From positions 1-11,379 of the forward strand of contig NZ_JAQFIQ010000061.1 of NCBI RefSeq assembly GCF_029504745.1: DNA of 11,379 nt, in the 5' to 3' direction. Both the position numbers and the translations under genes were made by a program. The DNA comes from Breznakia sp. PF5-3 (GTDB taxonomy: Bacteria > Bacillota_I > Bacilli_A > Erysipelotrichales > Erysipelotrichaceae). Below, in pieces: positions 5,865 to 11,379 of the stretch. The notes below the pieces were generated by a model. That model saw nothing but the letters and a program-made list of their open reading frames with translations. It ran no database searches and had not been told where the DNA came from. Every line of letters starts with the position of its first letter. Within the stretch, counting starts at the first letter, position 1.

Positions 5865-8519
5865 ATGAAAAAAATAGCACATTGTATTCATCATACACAT
5901 TGGGATCTCATCTGGTATTTCACAACACAAGATGCAACCGTTCAGTTTTGTTATAACATGAAAGAACTGCTTGAAGCTTTTAAAACAAATAAAGTCGAAC
6001 ATTTCTTTTTTGATGGCCAAACTGCGCCAATTGATGAATACCTAATGCTTCACCCTGAAGATGAATCTTATATAAAAGAATTAGTTTCTGCAAATAAGTT
6101 GGTAATTGGTCCATTTAACTCACAACTTGATTGTTATATTAGTAGTGGAGAATCCATCATCAACAATTTAAGATTAGGAATAAAAACAGCAAGTAATTTA
6201 GGTCGAATATCTAATATCGCTTATTTACCCGATTCATTTGGACATAGTTATGACTTTCCTAAAATTTTCAATAAGTTTGGCATCAAAAACTTTATAATCA
6301 CTAGAGGAGTTGGAGATCATTACCATTTAGGAAGTGAATTCTATATGCAATCTAATGATGATAGTGAATTGCTCGTATGCACTATGATTGCAGGTTATGG
6401 ATATGGCTGCTATGCATTTAAAGAAGGCACGCTTTTTAAAGAGTCTGCTTTAGATTACAACAAGATTAGTGTTAAGTCTTTAATTGAAAGACTATTAGAT
6501 TATTCAACAATAAAAAATGAATTTGTATTCCCTTTGGGGTTTGATCAAAATCCTGCAATTCTAAATATTCCTGAGAAAATCAAACAATACAACAAAGAAT
6601 CTGATGAATTTGAATTCAAACTAACTTCCTGGGAAGCCTTTTGTAATCATGTTAGAAAGTATGGGAAAAACCTAAAAATACATAAGAACGAATTATTTTC
6701 AACACAATACCATCGCGTTCATAAATCAATGTTCTCTGCTCGTGCAGACATTAAAGCCTTACAAGATCGATGCGAACGATTATTAACTTATGAACTACAA
6801 CCTGTAATGAGCATGCTAGATGCACTAGGAATCCCTTATGAACATGGTTTAATTGATAAAGCATGGGAGACATTAATAAAATGTCAAACTCATTCATCAG
6901 CTACTTTAACTGATGAAACAAACAACTATATTGAAAGAGAAAGTAAAAATGCGCTTAATCTTGCTACTTCTTCAAAGATATATTTAATGAAATTACTTTC
7001 AATATCTTTGGAAGGCGAATTTATAGATAGTTATCCATTACTCATTTTTAATACTTTACCAATAAAGCGAAAGATGATAATCGAAACCAAAATACTAACA
7101 AAACATAAACATTTCAAAATTATGAACAAAGAAAACTCAATTGCTTTTTCAATAAAAAAATCAAGCAAAGAGAATTGTGGTGTATTACGTAAAAACATCG
7201 ATAACATGGATGAAAGTAAGTTTTATTATGAACACGATATTGTTTTGGAAAGCGATGAATTCAATGGTATATCATATAAAACATATGAAGTAATTAATAG
7301 TGATGATAACATGGACACTTTCATTGAAGAGCAACGATATATCCAAAATAATCGTTATAAAATATATCAAAACGAAGATGGGATTGTTATCCACGATAAG
7401 ATGTTAGATAAAAAAATAGCAAATGCTATTTACTTAGAAGACTCTGGAGATGAAGGAGATAGCTTTGATTATTCTTATCCTGATCATGATTTGTATATTC
7501 GTGATTTCTTAGATAGCGCAAAAGTATCTTACACTTCAGCCGATGAAATGAGCATTATGAATATTAATGGACAAATGAAAATACCATCAGATTTACATCA
7601 TCGAAAATATGAAGAATGTAATCAAAGCATGGAGTATACATTACAGATTATTTTAAAGAAAGATAGTGGTTTAATTGAACTAAAAGGTAATATTCATAAC
7701 CATGGAGAACAACACCGAGTTAGAATTATTATCCAAGGAACTAACAAAAATGAATATTCTTTTGCGGGAACTCAATACGGATACATAAAAAGAGAAACAA
7801 ATCCTAAAGAATTACAGATTTGGAAAAGTGAAAAATGGTTTGAAGAGCCAAGTCCAACCTTTCCACTATTGAATCATGTATCTGCGGTTGATGACAATTT
7901 TGTTGTTAGTATATTTACTAAAAGTAGCAAAGAATATGAATTTGTAAATATGAATAAGAAAGATATTGCAATCACTGCTTTTCGTTCCTATGGAGCTATG
8001 GGATATCCAGATTTAAATCGTCGCCCTGGTAGACCAAGTGGTTTGGATTATATGATTTTCGAGACACCTGATTGTCAGATGAAAAAAACGAATACATTTG
8101 AAATTGCTATTACATATTATACTGATTTCAATGCCAATAAAATCACCAATGATTATATTGCATATGCATGTGAAAACACCTGCTATCAAAGGCAAGATTT
8201 CGATAAATCCATCAATCCTATTGCCTACTTCCCTACCAATTCATGGAAATACAAATTGCCTCAAGCGTATAACTTCTTGAGTATCGATACTTTTGATGGT
8301 TCCTTTGGAAGCATTGTAAAAACGGATCAAAGCAATAGTTATTTGCTTCGACTTTACAACAATGAAAATTATGAAATAAGTGGTGGAAAGTTAGCCTTAT
8401 GGAGTAATGATAAAGAATGTTTCATATCTGATTTAAAAGAACAAGAAATTGAAAAAACTAATATGGATATGATAAATTTCAAGAAAGGAGAGTTGCGAAT
8501 TATTAAAATTAAAAAATAA
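5865..8519 (+). CDS. Glycoside hydrolase family 38 alpha-mannosidase, cytoplasmic (MngB-like)
   Basis: It has the N-terminal GH38 metal-binding motif HCIHHTHWDLIWYF and the catalytic-region motif AYLPDSFGHSYDFP. Length is ~884 aa with no signal peptide. The track ORF starts at GTG 5832. The ATG at 5865 is preceded by AAAGGAGGACAACA and gives MKKIAHCIHHTHWD. Confidence 0.9.
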   Translation: MKKIAHCIHHTHWDLIWYFTTQDATVQFCYNMKELLEAFKTNKVEHFFFDGQTAPIDEYLMLHPEDESYIKELVSANKLVIGPFNSQLDCYISSGESIINNLRLGIKTASNLGRISNIAYLPDSFGHSYDFPKIFNKFGIKNFIITRGVGDHYHLGSEFYMQSNDDSELLVCTMIAGYGYGCYAFKEGTLFKESALDYNKISVKSLIERLLDYSTIKNEFVFPLGFDQNPAILNIPEKIKQYNKESDEFEFKLTSWEAFCNHVRKYGKNLKIHKNELFSTQYHRVHKSMFSARADIKALQDRCERLLTYELQPVMSMLDALGIPYEHGLIDKAWETLIKCQTHSSATLTDETNNYIERESKNALNLATSSKIYLMKLLSISLEGEFIDSYPLLIFNTLPIKRKMIIETKILTKHKHFKIMNKENSIAFSIKKSSKENCGVLRKNIDNMDESKFYYEHDIVLESDEFNGISYKTYEVINSDDNMDTFIEEQRYIQNNRYKIYQNEDGIVIHDKMLDKKIANAIYLEDSGDEGDSFDYSYPDHDLYIRDFLDSAKVSYTSADEMSIMNINGQMKIPSDLHHRKYEECNQSMEYTLQIILKKDSGLIELKGNIHNHGEQHRVRIIIQGTNKNEYSFAGTQYGYIKRETNPKELQIWKSEKWFEEPSPTFPLLNHVSAVDDNFVVSIFTKSSKEYEFVNMNKKDIAITAFRSYGAMGYPDLNRRPGRPSGLDYMIFETPDCQMKKTNTFEIAITYYTDFNANKITNDYIAYACENTCYQRQDFDKSINPIAYFPTNSWKYKLPQAYNFLSIDTFDGSFGSIVKTDQSNSYLLRLYNNENYEISGGKLALWSNDKECFISDLKEQEIEKTNMDMINFKKGELRIIKIKK

Positions 8520-8560
8520 ATACTTATTTGTAAATTTATATATAAGAAAGGAGTATATTT

Positions 8561-8878
8561 ATGAAAAAAATTGTAGCCGTTTGCGCCTGTCCTGCAGGGA
8601 TTGCACATACATATATGGCAGCTGAAAACCTTGAAAACTTTGCTAAAAGAAAAGGATATGGCATAAAAGTAGAAACCAACGGTTCTGCTGGAGTTGAAAA
8701 TCGCTTAAGTGAACAAAACATTAAAGAAGCGGATGTTGTCATTATTGCAGCAGATACCAAGGTAGAAATGGAACGTTTTAAAGGAAAAAAATTATTAATG
8801 GCTTCAGTATCTGATGCTGTAAGAAAAGTAGAAACAATATTTGAAAAAATCGAAAATGCTAATATTGATATTTATTAA
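8561..8878 (+). CDS. PTS fructose-family EIIB component
   Basis: 105 aa. The phospho-Cys motif VCACPAGIAHTYMAAE is typical of PTS_IIB_fruc. SD AAAGGAG lies upstream. Confidence 0.9.
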   Translation: MKKIVAVCACPAGIAHTYMAAENLENFAKRKGYGIKVETNGSAGVENRLSEQNIKEADVVIIAADTKVEMERFKGKKLLMASVSDAVRKVETIFEKIENANIDIY

Positions 8879-8889
8879 GGAGGAAAAAA

Positions 8890-9939
8890 ATGAATACGAA
8901 AAAATTTTATAATCATTTAATGTCAGGAGTATCTTATTTCTTACCATTTGTAGTAGCTGGTGGAATTATGTTAGCTTTTGCATATTTATTAGATGTAGGA
9001 AACTCAACTGCTGAAACCTTTGGCTCAACAACTGCTATTTCTGCATGGTTGTTAGAAACCGGCGGAATTGCTATGAGCTTTATGTTTCCTATGCTTGCTG
9101 GATACATTGCATATTCAATAGCAGATCGTCCTGGTATTTTACTGGGGATTGTCACTGGTGTATTAGCTCGCGATGGAGGTTCTGGTTTTCTTGGGGCAAT
9201 TGCTGCTGGATTTATCAGTGGATATGTCATCGTTTTGCTGAAAAAAGCTACAGTTCAATTTCCACGCTCATTAGAAGGAATTAAAACATTACTAATTTTC
9301 CCAATCATAGGGCTTACAATCGCTGCATTATCAATGATTCTTGTAAATGCATTAGTAGAACCTATAAATAGTGGATTAAATGGATTTTTAACTTCTATGA
9401 GTGGTACCAATGCTGTTCTATTAGGTGGTATTATTGGTGTAATGGTCGCTATTGATATGGGTGGTCCAATCAATAAGACTGCATATTTCTTCTCAGTTGC
9501 AACATTGACTGCAGCAGATGGAACACCTATACCAAGTGTAATCATGGCAGCTTGTGGGTGTAGCGCAATGGTAGTTAGTACAAGTTGTGCGGTTGCCGCT
9601 ACCCTATTTCCTAAAAAATTTAGTGAAAATCTTAGAGGTGCTAAAATTGGAGCATACATTATGGGATTAAGCTTCTTTGTTGAAGGAGCTATACCTTATG
9701 TTATGTCAAAACCAAAACAAATTTTACCATCTCTATGCATCGGAGCAGGAGTAACAGGAGCATTATCTGCTTTCTTTAAAGTAACTCTATCAGCACCAAT
9801 TGGAGGACTTGAAACATTACCTTTAGTAAGCAACATACCATTATACTTATTAAGCTTTGTAATCGGCACAGCTGTTGCAGTAGGACTTATCTACATATTT
9901 ATTCGAAAGGATCCTGATGTAGAAATAAAAGAAGAATAA
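8890..9939 (+). CDS. PTS fructose-family EIIC permease
   Basis: 349 aa polytopic membrane protein. The motifs FMFPMLAGYIAYSIADRPG and GGPINKTAYFF are characteristic of fructose/mannitol-superfamily (Fru branch) EIIC. SD AAGGAGG lies upstream. Confidence 0.9.
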   Translation: MNTKKFYNHLMSGVSYFLPFVVAGGIMLAFAYLLDVGNSTAETFGSTTAISAWLLETGGIAMSFMFPMLAGYIAYSIADRPGILLGIVTGVLARDGGSGFLGAIAAGFISGYVIVLLKKATVQFPRSLEGIKTLLIFPIIGLTIAALSMILVNALVEPINSGLNGFLTSMSGTNAVLLGGIIGVMVAIDMGGPINKTAYFFSVATLTAADGTPIPSVIMAACGCSAMVVSTSCAVAATLFPKKFSENLRGAKIGAYIMGLSFFVEGAIPYVMSKPKQILPSLCIGAGVTGALSAFFKVTLSAPIGGLETLPLVSNIPLYLLSFVIGTAVAVGLIYIFIRKDPDVEIKEE

Positions 9940-9956
9940 AATAAAGAGGTGGGATT

Positions 9957-10409
9957 ATGGAAATAATTAATGATACGCTAATTGAATTAAATTCAGATTT
10001 ACAGTGTAAAGAAGATGTAATTAATCGTATAGCTTTTCTTTTGGCTGAGAATCATCGTATAAGTGATCCGATAGGATTTAAAAAAGATATTTATAAAAGA
10101 GAAAAGGAGTTATCTACATCCATGGGAGAAGGTGTAGCAATCCCTCATACACAGTCTAAATTTGTTCAGCACTCTTCTTTGGTGCTAATCAAATTGAAAA
10201 ACAAAATACATTGGGATGACGATAAAAATATAAGCTTAATTTTTGGAATTGCTGTACCATACGAAAACAAAGATAATCACCATTTGAAAATATTATCGAC
10301 ATTAGCAAGAAAATTAATGAATGATGATTTTAGAAAAAAATTATATCAATTAGAAAACAAACAAGATACAATGAAATATTTAAAATTTCTGAATGAAATT
10401 AAAGATTAA
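9957..10409 (+). CDS. PTS EIIA component (fructose/mannitol/Ntr type, EIIA-2)
   Basis: 150 aa with the active-site His context GEGVAIPHTQS and the downstream pattern SLIFGIAVP typical of PTS_EIIA_2. Confidence 0.88.
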   Translation: MEIINDTLIELNSDLQCKEDVINRIAFLLAENHRISDPIGFKKDIYKREKELSTSMGEGVAIPHTQSKFVQHSSLVLIKLKNKIHWDDDKNISLIFGIAVPYENKDNHHLKILSTLARKLMNDDFRKKLYQLENKQDTMKYLKFLNEIKD

Positions 10410-10452
10410 CGTAACCCAACTATCCATAATTAATAGCATCGATATATCTCAA

Positions 10453-10481
10453 TTGACATTATTATATATCAATGCTATTAT
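10453..10481 (+). promoter_or_regulatory. Promoter of the FMN riboswitch-ribU unit
   Basis: A perfect TTGACA (10453-10458), a 17-nt spacer ending in TGC, then TATTAT (10476-10481). It lies just upstream of the riboswitch P1. Confidence 0.6.
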
Positions 10482-10494
10482 GTGGCTAGAAAAG

Positions 10495-10626
10495 CTGTTT
10501 CAGGGCGAGGTGTAATTCCTCACCGGCGGTGAAAAGCAAATGCTTTAAGTCCGCGCGCTTGCGATCATATCAATAGCTGAATGGGTTAGAATCCCATACC
10601 GACGGTATAGTCCGGATGAAAGAAAC
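10495..10626 (+). promoter_or_regulatory. FMN riboswitch (RFN element) aptamer
   Basis: Conserved RFN blocks are present: CAGGGCGAGGTGTAATTCCTCACCGGCGGT, AAGTCCGCGCGC, and ACCGACGGTATAGTCCGGATGAAAGAAAC. P1 forms between CTGTTTC (10495-10501) and GAAAGAAAC (to 10626). A riboflavin transporter gene lies downstream. Confidence 0.93.
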
Positions 10627-10647
10627 AAAATACTTTTATGGTATTTT

Positions 10648-10682
10648 AGTCTTGAAACGAAAGTTTCAAGGCTTTTTATTTT
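10648..10682 (+). terminator. Riboswitch expression-platform intrinsic terminator
   Basis: AGTCTTGAAAC, a GAAA tetraloop, GTTTCAAGGCT (11-bp stem with one G-U), then TTTTTATTTT. It lies ~40 nt upstream of the ribU start. Confidence 0.8.
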
Positions 10683-10724
10683 CCTGTCAGATTCTTTTCT
10701 ATAATTATAGAAGGAGGACATTAT

Positions 10725-11288
10725 ATGTCAGAAGAAATCATGCAGAAACACACAAATAACAGTAGAAATCAAACGATGAAACTAGCAAAAATGGGGGTTT
10801 TAGTAGCGTTATCTATCGCTTTAGTCTATTTTATTCATTTCCCTATTTTCCCTGCGGTTTCCTTTTTGGAATATGATCCAGCAGACATCCCTATTTTGAT
10901 TGGAACATTTGCTTTAGGACCTATCGCTGGTTTTATATTAACACTTGTTACCTCAGTGATACAGGGATTAACCGTTAGTGCAGGTAGTGGTATTTATGGA
11001 ATCATCATGCATATAATTGCTACTGGTGCATTGGTTCTTGTATCGGGAATCATCTACCAAAGAAATAAAACAAAAAAAGGAGCCATCATTGGTCTTGTTT
11101 GTGGAACTCTTGCAATGGCCGTCGTAATGATAATTGCAAATCTTATCATCACCCCTATGTTCATGGGAGTCCCTCAAAGTATGGTTTGGGATTTAATGCC
11201 GTTCATCATTGGATTCAACCTTATAAAGGCTGGAATGAATGGTGCCGTTACATTCTTACTCTACAAACGAATATCTAAATTAATATAA
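10725..11288 (+). CDS. ribU: ECF transporter S component for riboflavin (RibU/YpaA family)
   Basis: 187 aa with ~5-6 TM segments. The pattern FLEYDPADIPILIGTFALGPIAGF resembles, from memory, B. subtilis RibU (IDFSDVPAIIAILIYGPLAG). It lies directly downstream of an FMN riboswitch. SD GAAGGAGG lies upstream. Confidence 0.88.
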   Translation: MSEEIMQKHTNNSRNQTMKLAKMGVLVALSIALVYFIHFPIFPAVSFLEYDPADIPILIGTFALGPIAGFILTLVTSVIQGLTVSAGSGIYGIIMHIIATGALVLVSGIIYQRNKTKKGAIIGLVCGTLAMAVVMIIANLIITPMFMGVPQSMVWDLMPFIIGFNLIKAGMNGAVTFLLYKRISKLI

Positions 11289-11379
11289 AAAAATTAGTTA
11301 ATAAAAATCAAGTATAATATTAAAAAATCATTCTATGATATTTCATTCACACTAAAAATTCTGAACTATGTCAGTTTTT

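Noticed and set aside
5796-6020. Minus-strand ORF 5796..6020 (74 aa).
   Set aside because: It is antisense to the GH38 N-terminus and promoter region, Cys-rich and unlike any family I recognise, and has no SD.
8013-8760. ORFs 8013..8195(-), 8098..8280(+), 8369..8608(-) and 8536..8760(-).
   Set aside because: They overlap the GH38 and PTS IIB genes in alternative or antisense frames. They lack ribosome-binding sites, and their compositions are typical of AT-rich off-frame translation.
8934-9659. ORFs 8934..9230(-), 9045..9284(+) and 9255..9659(-) inside the EIIC gene.
   Set aside because: The EIIC frame has clear family motifs and an SD. These are off-frame or antisense shadows of a Gly/Ala/Ile-rich membrane protein gene.
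10410-10452. A canonical intrinsic terminator for the PTS operon immediately after the IIA gene.
   Set aside because: No GC-containing stem followed by a T-run is present. Only the AT-rich inverted repeat at 10436-10475 is found, and it is reported separately at low confidence.
10968-11177. Minus-strand ORF 10968..11177 (69 aa).
   Set aside because: It is antisense to ribU and has no expression signals.
11289-11379. A terminator or promoter downstream of ribU (TATAAT at ~11322; 5-bp hairpin ATCAT..ATGAT).
   Set aside because: The hairpin is too short and lacks a U-tract. The TATAAT has no acceptable -35, and no downstream gene is visible before the window ends.
1-11379. CRISPR arrays, long tandem repeats, IS elements/transposases, integrases, or known defence-system genes.
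   Set aside because: I saw no regularly spaced repeats with unique spacers. None of the ORF translations show transposase, integrase, nuclease or defence-family motifs. The only mobile-element signal is the intron fragment at the left edge.

Overview
AT-rich, low-GC window that looks like Bacillota (Firmicutes) chromosome; taxon not determined. Almost all of it is explained by ordinary transport and metabolic operons. Layout: (1) Left edge, minus strand: the first ~176 nt of a class C-like group II intron, starting 7 nt downstream of a rho-independent terminator hairpin. (2) An ORF absent from the track: a self-contained minus-strand mini-cassette with an extended -10 promoter, an AAGGAGG SD, a TTG start, 47 codons encoding a single-TM peptide with a Lys/Asp-rich tail, and a terminator. 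(3) A solitary, somewhat divergent purC (minus). (4) A tightly coupled plus-strand operon: PadR-family regulator, DUF1048 protein, ABC ATPase (DrrA-like), ABC-2 permease. (5) A minus-strand PRD/HTH/EIIB-like/EIIA-like regulator of the LicR/MtlR type. It is divergent from a plus-strand operon encoding a cytoplasmic GH38 alpha-mannosidase and a split fructose-family PTS (IIB, IIC, IIA). The shared control region carries phased TGCAAC repeats. (6) An FMN riboswitch with an intrinsic terminator, followed by the ECF riboflavin S-component ribU. I found no CRISPR array, tRNA/rRNA, transposase, or recognisable defence or toxin gene family, and no clearly novel multi-gene system. The least explained parts are the left ~450 bp (intron plus small-peptide cassette), the DUF1048 partner in the PadR/ABC operon, the TGCAAC repeat array, and the C-terminally short orphan PurC. 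Three ORF-track starts (purC, the PRD regulator, GH38) appear over-extended and were re-set to SD-supported ATGs.
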